Shown here piece by piece: positions 14,120-29,359 of a stretch of 64,000 nt of DNA. Source of the stretch: Octopus vulgaris (taxonomy: Eukaryota); the NCBI GenBank assembly GCA_951406725.2, contig OX597814.1:76818001-76882000 (forward strand), written 5' to 3'. Numbering within the stretch: position 1 is the stretch's first letter; the number at the start of each line of letters is the position of its first letter. Under the pieces are notes generated by a model. That model ran no database searches, had not been told where the DNA came from, and worked only from the letters and a program-made list of their open reading frames with translations. The position numbers and the translations under genes were made by a program.

Positions 14120-16095
14120 CGTTTTAAACCTATTTCACTTTAATAAAGATCTGACGTTTGGCCTCCCCATCGCTGAATGCATCTCACATTGCTCCGAAGC
14201 CTTGCAAAGGATATACAAAGTTATTCCACATCGACCACGTCATCCCCAGCAGCAGCAACATGACCATCTGAATACGGGGACCTTCAATGCTGAGTGACTC
14301 CACTAGCCGAGCAGCAGTTTGTGACACGCTGGGTGCACGAGAGATCGTGCTGAATATCACATTGGAAGACAGGTGTCAAACGTGTGAATTGAGTTGCCTC
14401 GTCTTTGAGAAGCAAATAGGACCACACCGATCACATGAAAGATACTCTTTTGTGCCCTTCTTAGGGAGAAAGTTCACGTCCGCCATATATTTACCTACAT
14501 GTTTCAACTCAGTGTGTGCAACCGTGATATTCTCGAAATTTTTAACACCAATAGCAATCAGATTTCTCCACAGCTCTCAATCTGATCTTTACAGGCTTTA
14601 GTATTGATATTGATCTTATCGAGTATGCCCTTACGATTGCTTTTGAAACGCTTGTGTGGCTTGAAGAGTGGAAGTTTTCTTTGCCCCAGCTCACGGCACA
14701 ATACCTGCTTTGGCATGTGGGTGTCCTTTAAACGGACAAGATAACCAGACCATCTAAGTTGGTGTCTCATAATCATGGGCTCGATACTCATCATTTTCGC
14801 CAGCTGTGGTACCCTCGTATTAGGCACATGAGATCGATACGAAATCTTCGGGATATTATGCTATCATTGTTGTGAAATCGCTCGAAACGTTACATATGCC
14901 TGCACTAGGTTGTTCACGTCTCATATCTATACAACAGTACAGTTAAGACAAATGCATGATAAACCTCAACTTTCATTGTAGCTTTGATGTTTGAGTGCGA
15001 CTTGAACTTCAAGCTTTCCAAACGCATCACATACCTTAGAATGTTTATAACTGACCTTTTTGTCAAGTGTATTAAATCTAGATAGTGAGCTACCAAGGTA
15101 GACATATGTATCAATGACTTTTAACTTTGTATCCTTGATGTATATTAATGGTGGAATATATGGTTTACTTTGTGCTGGTTGTAGCATGGTTGCGGTCTTC
15201 TTCAGACTGATTGTAAGTCTAAGTTGATCATACGCAGCTAGACGATATTGCTATCATCAATGTAAAGGAGATTATGAATAAGAGTCATGGAAGTTTTTGT
15301 TACTGCAGTAAAATGACGGACGAAGAAAATCTATCCTCTTTTACGGTAACGAAAGTAGATACCAATATCAATATGCGCAAAAGTTTTCAAGATAACAATA
15401 GCAAAGAAGATGGCGAACAAACTAGGGGCCAGGAATCATCCTATTTAACACCAGATTCAACTAAAATGGGTTCTAGTGATACACCATTGACGCAAACGTA
15501 AGCTTTCGTGTTGTCAGGAAAATATCGAGTGAGTCCTGTGATCTTTTATGGATACTCCAAAGAACTGGCCTATATACAGTGTTAAAGGCTTGGTAAGATC
15601 CATGAAACACTGATACGGATCGAATTGTTGTTCTCTGCACTTCTCTTGATCTTGTTGGGCTGTAAAGATCATATTCATTGTATCTCGATTTGACTGAAAG
15701 TCACATCAGATGCAGCATGATCCAGCAACTGAACAACTGGCAACAGGGAGATCCAGCAGTAGTTATTACATATGTCTTAGGTTCCTTTCTTAAACAAAGA
15801 AACAAGAATGACATCTTTCCACTTTCATAATATTTTGCTTCTTATCAATACTGGGTGAAATATGGTCGATAAAAGTCCTAGTATCTCACCACCATCTTTC
15901 TGAAGTTGCTCAACAACAATACCATTATTCCTGGGGACTTTTCTGGTATTTATCAGTTTTACAGCTACCTTTATTTCCTCATTAGTGGATGGATCATTAA
16001 AGTAGTACAGCATTCACAACATCTTGCAGCCTGTTTAGAAGCACTTTGCATAAACCTTTACCAGGCACTGACAGCAGTGTGATCCCCATCAGTTA
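14120..16095 (-). mobile_element. RTE-clade LINE, degraded RT and C-terminal region
   Basis: [37 protein letters not shown] and KVPRNNGIV motifs in several minus-strand ORFs. Confidence 0.8.
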
Positions 16096-16254
16096 TTGTT
16101 TGGTATGTATATTCTAAAATGTCAATCCTGAGCCCGGAAATTGGACCAGCAATCCAATCCCGTTAAATAGAAACACCTATAGAAACAGCAAAAGCAAGCC
16201 AATCGCGAAAGCTACGTGAAGAAGATAACAATGGAAATGATTCAACAATGTCTG

Positions 16255-17700
16255 ACTCTAATGAAAGCGAAGTGGAAGTTAGGGCCCGAAGTGCCAAATT
16301 CTGAGCACCAAAAGTATTAACAAACCCAGGTACATGGAACGTACTAACATTGTATCAATGTGGGAATAAATAGAAAAACTGATGAGAGAATTCAACGAGT
16401 TCCAACTAAACATCTTCGGAATCAATGAGATATGATAGAGCGGAAATGGAAAACAATGCAAAGATGGAAATAAATAATAATTTACCCTGGTCTTGAAGAT
16501 CAACATAGCCTTGCAATGCGCATGCTACTGGACAAATAGGTCACTTATGCACGCATTCGATGGAAACAATTCATTGATTGCATCATCACAGCTCATTTCA
16601 GTCTAAACACACATAAGTAAGCATCATGTATGCGCCAATAGAAGATGCACTAGACACTGACAAACGTGATTTCTATGAACAACTACAATACATTTTCAAT
16701 AATAGCCCTATAAAATATAAATGGGTCATCTTAATGCACAAATCAACCAGAACAGGCAAGGCGTCGAGATTTCTTGGATCATTTGGATCAGCAGAGAGAA
16801 CAAATGACATTGGAGAGCGGATATTACCTTTCTGTAGCATGAAAGGCATCAGCATCGGAAATACATATATCAAACACGAAGCTATACACAAGAAAACATG
16901 AAGATCGCCAGACGGAGTCACCAACGACTAGGTTGATAATATATATGTATCAGTCACCACGGGGGATCATCCTCAAGCCAGGGCATGCAGAAATGAAGAC
17001 ATAGGATTAGGCATTCAAACATCAAAGCAATATCAGACAGCACTAAGATGCAGGTTCCAGCAACTCCAAAAACGGAACTTCACGTACAGGAACTTTGGAA
17101 TACCTTCAGAGAAACAGTGATAAAGACGACAGAAGAAACAATAGGAAGAAGAGGATCAGAAAGAGAGAGAGAGAGAGAGCATTGGATCCAAGAAACAATA
17201 TGGGATATTATAGATACAAAAAAGTAAGAACACCAGAGAAATAGTAAATACAGAGGAAAAATGGAAAAGTATGATAAAGAACAGCAAGATCATAACCGAT
17301 TGGTAAAACGAAGCCAGGCTAGACACAGAAGGCACAGAGGCAGAAGAAGCAGCCATTTGAAATGATCCAAGAATTCTATACAGCATGGTATTAAAGCTGT
17401 GTGGAGCAAAGAGAAGCTCAAACATACCAGTGAAGGATGAACAATGAAGGATTTTGCTGACGACAGAAGAACAAGATGGATTGAATATTTCTGAAAGACA
17501 TTAAGTTAACCAACTCCGAGAAAACTGTACAACTTGGACCAAGAAAATGATAAGATGGAGAGCGAAGAGATTAGAAAATCAATCAAGTTAACAAACAACA
17601 AAGCTGCTGCATTGGATGAAATCACCACATAAATGCTCAAACACGGTGGGAACACTGTAGTGGCCGAAATGGGAAGTTTAATGAATCGTTGCTGGTGAGA
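16255..17700 (+). mobile_element. RTE-clade LINE, degraded APE endonuclease region
   Basis: MYAPIEDA..KRDFYEQLQ, NDIGERILPFC, IGNTYIKH..IHKKT*RSPDG, NKAAALDEI motifs. Confidence 0.8.
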
Positions 17701-18227
17701 GCAGAAAGTAAGAGGGAGTTGACTTACCTTTTATTCATTGAATTATTATTGAAAGATTTTTTCATTTGTCTTGAAGATTGCTCAAACCCCTTTCGTATTA
17801 CTTTATAGCTTTAAATATGATTCGCTGAGCGTAATGAATTATACGTTATTATTTATTGTAGATTCATGAGAATTAAATGAACTAGGGGTAGAAACTGATA
17901 CACGGAAGGATTTTTTTGTAAAAATATATTCAACAAAAGGGAGTAAAACATTGGCATGCCTCTTGTGTCTACGTAGGTATGACTGTAGCTTTCTTTTAAC
18001 TTCTGTGAATATGGGATGAAATGCTTCACTGAATATGACATGAAATATACTAGAAATATTGTTTCTCAACGTTGAATCAACTTTAAATTTCACTTAAGTT
18101 TACAGATCGTGTTTCATTTCAAACATTCGATATTAATTTGTAAATCTAAGGAACTGAAATCGAAATAGTTTGCATGTATGTATGTATGTATGTATGTATG
18201 TATGTATGTATATATATATATATATAT

Positions 18228-18985
18228 ATCTCTTATTATAAAAGGCAGATTTTATCTGCCTCCCTTTGGGAGTTATACAAATCTACAATATAGGATTTCT
18301 TCAATTACAATTTACCTAGCAGTTTTAAGAGTACAATGCATCGCGTCATGCCAGGTCCAGTTTTTAAAATTTAAACTCCAATTAAGCAAAATTTACAGAA
18401 AACTCTGGTGTGTGTGTCAAATGCTTTTCTTAGTCTGGTTTACACCACACGCAAACGCTCACACACAGTGGGCAACGAATAAAATGAAAGTAATTGACTT
18501 ACTGTAGTGAGTGATTCTTTCACTCTGCTTCCCACTTCCTCTTTCCACACATACACACGCAAATATATAAATAAAATTGTAAGCTAACGTGCGTGTGTGT
18601 GAGTGGGTGTGTGCGCGTGTGTGTGTGTGTGTGAGGGTGCGTGTGCGTGTGCGTGAGTGTGTGATAGGAAAGTTTTTTACGACGAATATAACACCTATAT
18701 CCAAGTAGCAGAAAGATAAGACAGTAAGGTGTGATTTGAGGGAGATTTGGCTGCTATTTCTACCATGTCTAGCTGCCATGTAGGGGTCTCCCTCATAGGC
18801 TCATACATACATATATACATAGATAAGACAGTAAGGTGTGATTTGGGGGAAATTTGGCTGCTATTTCTACCAGGTCTAGCTACCATGTAGAGGTCCCCCT
18901 CATTGGCTCATATATATATACATACATAAGACAGTAAGGTGTGATTTGAGGGAGATTTGGCTGCTGTTTCTACCAGGTCTGTTAG
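18228..18985 (+). mobile_element. Helitron-like 5' end plus three tandem copies of a ~105-bp repeat
   Basis: Starts tctcttattataaaaggc (TC + tataaaa, like 19757); ataagacagtaaggtgtgatttg.ggga.atttggctgct.tttctacca at ~18716, 18823 and 18926. Confidence 0.45.
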
Positions 18986-19039
18986 GCCTCCTCATGTAAA
19001 CTCAAGCTTTCTCATGCCTTGACCAAAGCAGAGAATGTA

Positions 19040-19260
19040 TTCTTTTATTCTTCTGCTTTTTCCAGCCATTGGTCTGTAGCCATGCTGGGGCAATGCCTTG
19101 AAGAATTGTAGTTTAATGAATCAACTCCACTTTTATTTTTGTAAGCATTGTACTTATTCTATCTGTTTCCTTTGTCAAACCACTAGGTGACAGGGATGTA
19201 AACAAACCAACATTCGTTGTCAAGCAGTGGTGGAGGACAATCACAAGCACAGACACGCAC
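19040..19260 (-). mobile_element. SINE 3' portion
   Basis: Reverse complement of the 3' half of the 3616 family (tacttattctatc, gttgtcaagc, catgctggggca). Confidence 0.6.
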
Positions 19261-19333
19261 ACACACACACATACATGCATACACATATACACACATACAT
19301 ACATACATATATATATATGTGTGTATATATATA

Positions 19334-19592
19334 TTGCAGCGTGGAAGGTGTTTGTAAGGCATTTAAGAAACACACAAAAACCGTTACATTCACTTCAACA
19401 TTTAAATTTAATTTGCCAAAATATTTTCGTCGCTTTGAGACCGCGACCTGTTCACTGACAAAAATATCGCGCTAACAGGTCGCGGTCTCAAAGCGATGAA
19501 AATATTTTGACAAATTAAATTTAAATGTTGAAGTGAATCTAACGGTTTTTGTGTGTTTCTTAAATGGCTTATAAACACCTTCAACGCTGCAA
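19334..19592. repeat. Near-perfect ~120-bp-arm fold-back repeat
   Basis: 19334-19452 inverted at 19474-19592 with few mismatches. Confidence 0.85.
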
Positions 19593-19756
19593 CTGTTTTC
19601 GTTCCAGCACACGATCTCAGATCAAGTCACTTGCTATGCAAGTACATCTCTGTAACTATATATATATTTATATATATATATATATATGTATATTGGTAAA
19701 AACAGTAAGATAACAAAAGAAAGAAAGAGACCTCAATATTATGTAAATAGAGGAAA

Positions 19757-20147
19757 TCTTTATATATAAAAGTGAGGTTGTGTGTCTGTCTCCTACGATT
19801 TAGATTCCTAACTACTCCCACATTTTGCGGTGCAGTTTAACCAAAACCGGGTATCTTATAGTCGTGATTCATATCGAGACCGTCTGGGTATTAGCGCGCG
19901 TCTACGATGAGTCTACGATTTAAAAAAAATTTACCATCAATTTTTCCCATTTTTAATCCATTTTTGACATATATAAGGGAAGTAACTCTCTAAAATTTAT
20001 TATTAAATCTCAGAACGTAAAAAGCTACAGTAACACCCTCCCCCTTTGTGGTTAGCCATATTGAGATGGCTATTATACTTTACATCTAAAAATGCTTATA
20101 TAATTATTTCCCTTACAAACCCGAGCAACGCCGGGCGATACTGCTAG
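19757..20147 (+). mobile_element. Complete non-autonomous Helitron (391 bp)
   Basis: 5' TC(tttatatataaaa), 3' hairpin cccgagcaacgccggg then CTAG, inserted between A and T with no target-site duplication. Confidence 0.8.
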
Positions 20148-20193
20148 TGTATATATAAAATCAAGACAATCAACAAGAATATTAACGGTAATT

Positions 20194-20277
20194 TGGTACG
20201 ATCGTTTCGCACTACATCATTTTTTTAAATGTTGTAAATATTACAACAGTTTTAAAATGCTGAGCACTCATCAGCCA
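20194..20277 (-). ncRNA. Type I hammerhead ribozyme with intact core and extended stem II
   Basis: ugg CUGAUGA gugc...(long hairpin)...gugc GAAA cgaucg UA cca; palindromic stem III typical of dimeric PLE HHRs. Confidence 0.75.
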
Positions 20278-21997
20278 TTAATAGAGGTTTTCCATTAATA
20301 CATAATTTTCATATCAAGTGATAGCATTATAGAGAAGGTAGATATATAGACAAAGATGTGGATTTAAATTTTAAGAACATTTAAGGTAGTGGAGTTTATC
20401 AACTGACTGAATAATATTCAGTTGCTATGAACTGCTAGAAGGTTCTTAGAAGAATAGAAAAATGAAAAGAGACAAGAAAGATTTTCTATTTATAGAAATA
20501 GGGGTGAAATGGATGTCAAAGTTCCATATAAAGAAATTTAAGTAGTTAGAAAAGGGTTGTCACATTACAATGCCGTTTACTACTATTCAGTAAACAGATT
20601 TAGCATTAGGAAAACTAGGTTAATGTCAAATGGTTATAGAGAATGCAGAGATTTTTATAAAACTAATATGCATCAACATTATAATTAGCTGATAGGTTCT
20701 GAGTATTTTGATACGTTGGATTAAAGGAGAAATTATAGATATAAAATTTATTCAGTTTAGAGAAAAGCCTATCACTTATGAGTAGGTATAAAACTTATTA
20801 ATTGGGGATAAAAGTCTTATTAATCAAGTGAATATATTCGGGGTCAAAACTATATAATAGGAAAAATGGAAGAGGATAAATCAAAGAAGAAAGGTATTCG
20901 TAGGTTTAGTGGAAGGTGATTTAATAATATGAAGAGAAGTAATTTAGAAGAGTAAATTATTCAGATTTCATAGATAGTGAGTTGTTATTAATGAATTAAA
21001 ATATAGAATCTGTTGGAAATAATATTTACTACCCGCGGAGAAAGGTTAATTAGTTAGGTAAAACTATCTTAGGTTAATTATATATTAAGAAATGGAAGTG
21101 AGATAATCAAGGCGAACCGAATAGTTTCCTTAGGGACACAGAATTTATACTATTTAGTATTGGAGAATAAAAAAAAATGAAGAATTTAATTCTAAGTTTG
21201 CAATGAAGTTTTTTAGTAATCTATGTATGTTGAATTAAAAACCAGTTTGGCATATTCGTTCTTATTTGGCTATAGAGAATTAAAATTTGAAAAATTTAGG
21301 AATATTCACAATATTATTATTTAAAATATTTAAACGTACGGGTTGTGCGATGTATGCAAGATACTCCTAGCTCCGAACGGTTATTTAACAGATTTGTATG
21401 ACGCCGATGTTTTTAAATTTCATATGTTTCCATAGAACAAAGTTGACAACCATCCCTACTTTTTATAAGGCCGTGCTTTTCTTACTATATCCCATTTCAG
21501 GTTGAATTCTATATTATTCGTTTTTAGTTCCCAAATTTTATTAGACAATGTTGTTCAACCTGCTTTGTGTTTGAGCCTAAAGGAGGAAAAATGATTGTTT
21601 AAACGTTTTTTTAAAATCTACCGAACAACCGAAATAAAGATAGTTGTTATTTGAAGTTATTATTGTACATTTATAATTCACATTTTGGACCGAACGACGA
21701 CAAGATACCGGACATTTCGATCTAATCCTACAATTACAACTACGGGGATAATTTCCAGTACTAGTATTATTTAAGGACAGTTCATTTTCATTTCTGTTAT
21801 TTAAGTTGTTATTAGTATTAGTGTTATTTTCTCTAATAGTAGTTTCATTGTTATGCAAACTAGGGTTACTAGTTATTAATCCATCCACATTACCATCACC
21901 TACTACACTTTTATCTATACTACCTATATTATTGATGTTGTTATTATCACTATTTGTATTAATGTTGTTATTATTACTTTTATTATAATTATCATCA

Positions 21998-22368
<371 letters not shown>

Positions 22369-22643
22369 TATTATTATTAATATTATTATTATTATTATTG
22401 TTATTATTATCATTATTATTATTGCTATTTTTATTATTATTATTACTATTATTGTTGTGGTTACTATTTATTCTATCTCTAGCTAACTTAATATCTTTGC
22501 TATTAAGTCTAGCTATTATGGCAGCCATATTTGGGAGAGTAGAATATGATATTCTTATTGATTTGTTAGAGAAATTGTTTTATAATATTTATGGTAGGCT
22601 GGGATAGAAAAAACTTCCATATATATATATATATGTATATATA

Positions 22644-22699
<56 letters not shown>

Positions 22700-22732
22700 G
22701 TATGTATATATATATATATATGTATGTATATG

Positions 22733-22756
<24 letters not shown>

Positions 22757-22763
<7 letters not shown>

Positions 22764-23133
22764 TATATTACATTAGAGACAAAACCACTATTAGGCAAAT
22801 CAAACAATGAAAAACTTAAGCAAATACATATGATTAATTTATATTATTTAAATATATAACAAAATTATTAAAAAAATATAACTAATATCACACTACGATC
22901 GTAGCAGGCATGAAACGATCGTAGTGTGATATTAATTATATTTTTTTAATAATTTTGTTATATATTTAAATAATATAAATTAATCATATGTATTGGCTTA
23001 AGTTTTTCATTGTTTGATTTGCTTAATAGTGGTTTTGTCTCTAATTTAATATAATATAATATTTGACTATAAAATTGGATTCAAACCTAAACCGAAATTT
23101 TTCCCTGTAAGTTTGGATTTATTCCCTAATATT

Positions 23134-23140
<7 letters not shown>
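22757..23140 (+). repeat. Fold-back PLE terminus with 3' half of an HHR
   Basis: ~22760-22902 inverted at ~22915-23058; centre gcau GAAA cgaucg UA gug; tail aatttttccctgtaagtttggatttattccctaatattt. Confidence 0.7.
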
Positions 23141-23518
<378 letters not shown>

Positions 23519-23564
23519 TAATAAATATTAGGGAATAAATCCAAACTTACAGGGAAAAATCATT

Positions 23565-25910
23565 GACCAATCACTCTAGCTACGTTCACAGTATTTCAGT
23601 CGAAAAAACTCTCCTCTCAGACCACGACATGGTACTCTACAATCTTAATTCCCGACATATAAAACCAAACCAGCCAATCCCACTCCATGGCACCCATTTG
23701 ACAACATAAACTTCCACAAAGCGGACTGGGGAACAATCAGAAAGGATCTGTCTTCCATCGACTGGTCTTTTACTCTCAATTCCTCTCATATCGAGACCGC
23801 GTGGCAGCACTTTGAAAACATTGTCACCTATACATGCTCTAAACACGCTCCCAAGAAATATACTAACACAAACAGAAACCGGCTCCCTAAAAAGAAAAAA
23901 ACACACATCAGGTGCATCAAAAGACTCAACAAAAAAATCAACCAATTAAAATATTCCAACACACAACATCCACATTCAACAACAATGAAAAGACTAGAGC
24001 TGGAAAAACTTCATCTGCAGACCAACATGAAAACCTCCATTGAAATCAAAGAGCTGTGGAGGAACAATGGGTAATCAAAAACATCAAACAGAACCCAAAA
24101 GTGTTCTATTCTTATGCAAATAAGCATAGAACCACTGTCTCACCCATTGGGCCATTGATTGATGATAACGGCATTCCCCAACACGATGCTAAAGAAATGG
24201 CAGAAATACTGCAGAAACAATACTGCTCTGTCTTTAGTGTTCCCACTGATATTGACGTAAGGGAAACGAACGAAGTTGACTCCCAACACAAAATCTCAGA
24301 CATAACCTTCACTACCACCGACATCGTAGCAGCAATAAATTAGGTCAAACATTACTCTGCTGTAGGCCCTGATAGATTTCCCGCTAGTCTCCTGAAGGAA
24401 TGTAGATACCAACTTGCAGTCCCCCTGACCAACCTCTGGAGAAATTCGTTAGACGCAGGTTATATACCGAAACAGTTTCTATCCCAGTCGGTCATCCCGG
24501 TTTTCAAACAGGGAAACAGATCCCTTGCAGTCAACTATCGCCCAATCTCACTCACCTCCCACATCATTAAAGTGAATGAAAGAGTGTTAAGATCAAGGAT
24601 AGCTGACTTCCTGGAGACACACAAACTCCTAAATGCAAATCAGTATGCCTTTCGCTGTGGCAGGGACTGTCTAACACAGCTCTTAAACCACATTGAAGAT
24701 CTACTCAAAGCCTTGGGAACAGGTTCGAACTCTGACGTCATATATCTTGACTTCAGTAAAGCGTTCGACAGGGTAGACCATAACATCCTACTCTCAAAAT
24801 TGGCAAACGTTGGAATCCGTGGAAAAGTTCTACACTGGATTAAGTATTTCCTGGCGAATAGAACACAACATGTTGTAGTTGATGGAGTCCACTCAAACCC
24901 AGCAAAAGTCACCAGCGGTGTTCCCCAGGGAACTGTTTTGGGTCCGCTACTCTTCATAATTTACGTAAACGACCTTTCCAGTGTCGTACATTACTGCAAA
25001 GTGAAAATATTTGCTGATGACACTAAGCTCCAGCAAATCGTCAATGAAGAAGCAGACCGAACTCAACTCCAGTCTGATCTATATGCTGTGAGTCAATGGG
25101 CAGACAGAAACAAAATGCAACTGAATGAGGGAAAATTTGAGCTGATGCATTTTGGAAGAAATTCCTCACTAAAACAACCATACTCTCTTCCTTCAGGGGA
25201 ACCGCTCACAGCCTCTAACAATATCAGAGACCTGGGTGTAATTGTTGATGACGATCTCAGTTGGAGTGCACACATCAACAAGAAGGTCGATATAGCTCGT
25301 AGGATGAGTTCCTGGATCTTAAGAACTTTCCGGTCCAGAGAACAAGGTGTCATCATACCACTTTTTTCCTCCTTTTACGGCCACACCTTGAATACTGCTG
25401 CCCACTGTGGTCTCCTCACACAAGACAAAACATCTCCAGAATTGAGTCACCCCAGAGGGCACTCACTAAACAAATTGAAGGCATGGCTGCTCTCGATTAT
25501 TGGGATCGCCTTAAAGCCTTGAAACTTTACTCCCTCCAGCGTCACCGTGAGCGGTACATCATTTGTACGATGTGAAAAATATACCGCCAACTTTGCCCAA
25601 ACGACCTAAACATTAGCTTCAAGGTTCATCCAAGACTTGGACCACGGGCTATACGTCCCCTGCCCAATTCAAGATCACAACATACATGTACACTGCAACA
25701 TAATTTCTTTTCCTCAACAGGCCCTGCCCTATTTAACATTGTCCCGAGGGAGATCAAAGAGGAAAAGGATCCCATCAACTTTAAACAGACTTAAACTTGA
25801 CTTAAACAAAACTGGACTTAAACAGGATTCGAATAATCCTATCAGGTGGTGCTATTAAGTTAGACATGGCCTGTACCAATCTTTGGTCGAAACATATCTA
25901 AGTTTATCTA
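23565..25910 (+). mobile_element. CR1-group LINE, 5'-truncated, RT pseudogene
   Basis: NYRPISLTS, YLDFSKAFDRVDH, SGVPQGTVLGPLLFIIYVND, FADDTKL in 24540-25030; stops and frameshifts; 3' stem-loop and short tail ~25860-25910. Confidence 0.9.
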
Positions 25911-26552
25911 AATTTATATGTATATATATATATATATAAATATATAAGTAACAGTAGAGCTACAGGTGTCAATCCTGTATCTCTACTGTTAGTAATTTTT
26001 ATATTTCATTCACCTGTCTCGGTGTCTGCCTTTCGTAAACATTATGGACATTATATTTAATATAATGTGCATTTTTGAATAGCTCAAGAGCGGGTTTCTT
26101 CACTCAGCTAGGTCTAGTTGTCTATATTCACTGCAAGAATATCATTCGGCCTGTACTTACGTACCAAGTTTAATATGTAGTATTGTTGTGTGTATATTAA
26201 TTCCACCCAACGAGGTGCCTCAATTTAAGTACTTAATTCAGCTGATTCTTAATCATACACACACACATACACACACACACATATATATATATATTATATA
26301 TATGTATATGTATGTAAATATGTGTAAGTATATATACATATATATATATATATATTTGTATGTATGTATGTATGCATGTATATATATAGATATTCATAGT
26401 AAAGCCAGTCGACACATAAAAGTGGCAGTTGAATGTTACTACTAGTTCAACCCCAGGCAGATTCCCCGCCGGCTGGTTATCGGTGCAACACTCTGCACTC
26501 TTTATATTTGGCAACTGGCATTACTGTTTAGTATACGTTTAGCTACTTTACT

Positions 26553-26587
<35 letters not shown>

Positions 26588-26801
26588 CTGTGTGTGTGTG
26601 TGCGCGCGCGCGTGTGTGCGTATGTCTGTGCGTGTGCCTGTGCCTGTGTGTGTGTGTGCTTGTCTGTGTGTATGTACGTCAGACAATAAATACGTACGCA
26701 GAAAATCCTATCTTTATCATAGATCACGCCTTAAAAATCTAACAATTGTTTTAATTGCATTAGCATATTCATGTACACACACACACACATACACACGCAC
26801 G

Positions 26802-26840
<39 letters not shown>

Positions 26841-26869
26841 ATATGCACACACATGTATGTATGTATATA

Positions 26870-29307
26870 ATATAAATTAGAGGTAAAACCACTATTATAC
26901 AACTCAAACAGTGATAGACATAAACCAAAACATAAATAACAAATAAAATATATTTTTTTAAAACATATAACTAGATCTCAAAAAGTATAAATATGAATAA
27001 TCAATATATAATAAGTAAAAAAAACTACGTACATTTCATGGCTACAATGAAATTCGAATTACAATTCAATTTAGATTTAATTGAAATAAATTCAATTTAA
27101 AATTATAGTCAATCTTCAAGTTGACAATAATAGTTGAATAAATAAGCAAATAGAGTTAAACAATATTTATTTTAAAAATAAATGAAATAATAATTTTTTT
27201 CCTAGAACACATTTATTGTGTTAAATATTTAATATTTAAGGTTAAAAAAGAGTAAATTTAACAAATATAGTAATTAAAAATCTAAAATTTTTCTATCAAT
27301 AAACGTATAAACATATAACCAAAAATAAATTAGTCCATTATTACTTACATAAATATTATAGATATCTATAGAAAATATTTATTAAATACAATTTAAGAAT
27401 TGAAAAATTCAAATTAAAAACGTATAACCTATCTTTATAAAATACTTATTATTACTATTATCATCACTATTGTCAAAAACATTTTACGATCTATATCGCA
27501 AAGCCACTAACTAATATCTTAAAATTTACGTTCAGATATAATAATTATATACTAATGATAATTAAATAAATATCACTAACAAATAAAAAAAACTATAAAT
27601 TCAAAATTAACTATCAATAGTTATATAGAATACATTAATATTTTTTAAATAAAAAGAGTTTACTTATATCTCGAAAAGCGTGTCATTAACTAAAATTTCA
27701 AAACGGAAAACGTCTTTATAAGCGTTTATAAGAAACTCGTGGAATTACGTTAACAGAAACAGAACAAACAGATGGAAATATACATTTATCAATGAAAACT
27801 ACGAATATATTTTAGCTTTAAGAGATAAAGAGAACAAAGTCACTAATAGAGAATAGAATCACTACACTATATTATCTTTCACTATAAAACTAAAATTCAG
27901 AATTAACTACGATAAATTATACTCATAACTCTATCAATTAAAATAATTTATATAACTACTATTTATTGTATATTTTCTAATAATCTTATACAAATTAATT
28001 TATTTCATATATATAAAAATATAGTCACGTTGGAATCAAATCTTTATTTAAATAAAACAAATTTTAGACACACTCTATATTAACTCAGTACTAATTCAAT
28101 CAGTATCTATATTATAACTACTAATTAATAAACTTAAGTTAATTTAAAAACTATAATGTAATTAATAATATCAACCACAACAATAACAAAAAAAAGAAGA
28201 AACAACTATCTTTTAATCTATATTCATTAAATAAATTATATATTTAGTAATAAAATAAACATCTAAATATAAATCTAACTCTAAATATTAAAAAAAAACT
28301 TTTACTAACTCTTATTGACTTATACTCAAACCACCTACAGAAGTGCAACCCCAACACTACAATAATTATTTAATTAATTTAATAATGAATATTAATTTAG
28401 ACTTATTAAACTACGTAATATACAATATAAAATCACATGCTAAATTTTAGAATTAATATTAGTACAAAATATAACTACAAATTAGAAACAAAAATAGGGT
28501 TTAAATATAGTGGCTATTTTTCTAAAATTTATTATATAAGTAAAGTAATTTGTGTCTACATTTAATTTTACTCTCGTCCAATGAATTATGATTATTAAAT
28601 ATTTCTTTAAATTCACTAGAACATAAAAAAAAACAGGAATTACTACCTATACTATATGATTCCGCCTTGCAAATTATCTCCCACTTTAAATTATACTTAA
28701 TTCGTTGGGATTTAATTTCCCATATGTATTTGCAAAGCTCAGTAGAATTCATAAGATTTCTGTTCTCAAAGAAATGCATATGCTGAGCTATTCTTGATTT
28801 AATTTTAGAGGAAGTAGACCCTATATAAATAGCGTTTAAGTTATTATTATTCCTATTATTCTCATTAATTAAAGTAACGATAATTTATATGCAACATCAT
28901 GTAAATTACATTTATTATTAAATTTACAATTACTTTTATCTCTATATGTACAATCTATGAGTACGTTATCTTTATTATTATTGGTATGATTATAAAATTT
29001 CGTTTTATAAAAATTATTCAACTTAAATTTGTTAAAAGAAATAATGTCACCTACATTATTAGTGGTAGAATACCCAACTCCAAAATTATTACCAGAGAAA
29101 TTTTTTTTATATTTACGATTATCATGAATGGATTGTTCAATAATATTTAAAATCTCTTTAATAATATTAGTTTTAACTTGAGCCCCATAAGGAACAATTA
29201 ATCAAATATTATTCCTATTATTATTTATTATTATTATTTTCATTATTATAATTAACACTATTATTATTAATAATAATATTATTGTTATTATTATTATGGT
29301 CATTATA

Positions 29308-29359
<52 letters not shown>

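Noticed and set aside
18716-18985. Regularly spaced repeats resembling a CRISPR array
   Set aside because: Eukaryotic context, ~105-bp tandem units without unique spacers, no cas genes
25858-25905. Hammerhead-like GAAA hairpin at the LINE 3' end
   Set aside because: No CUGANGA box; better explained as the CR1-type 3' stem-loop
29195-29215. In-frame TGA in a Naiad-type ORF as possible selenocysteine (some Naiads encode selenoproteins)
   Set aside because: TGA sits at a position normally Trp (NIIWFNPPY-like); the element has many other lesions; inspected Cys positions are not TGA and no convincing SECIS was seen
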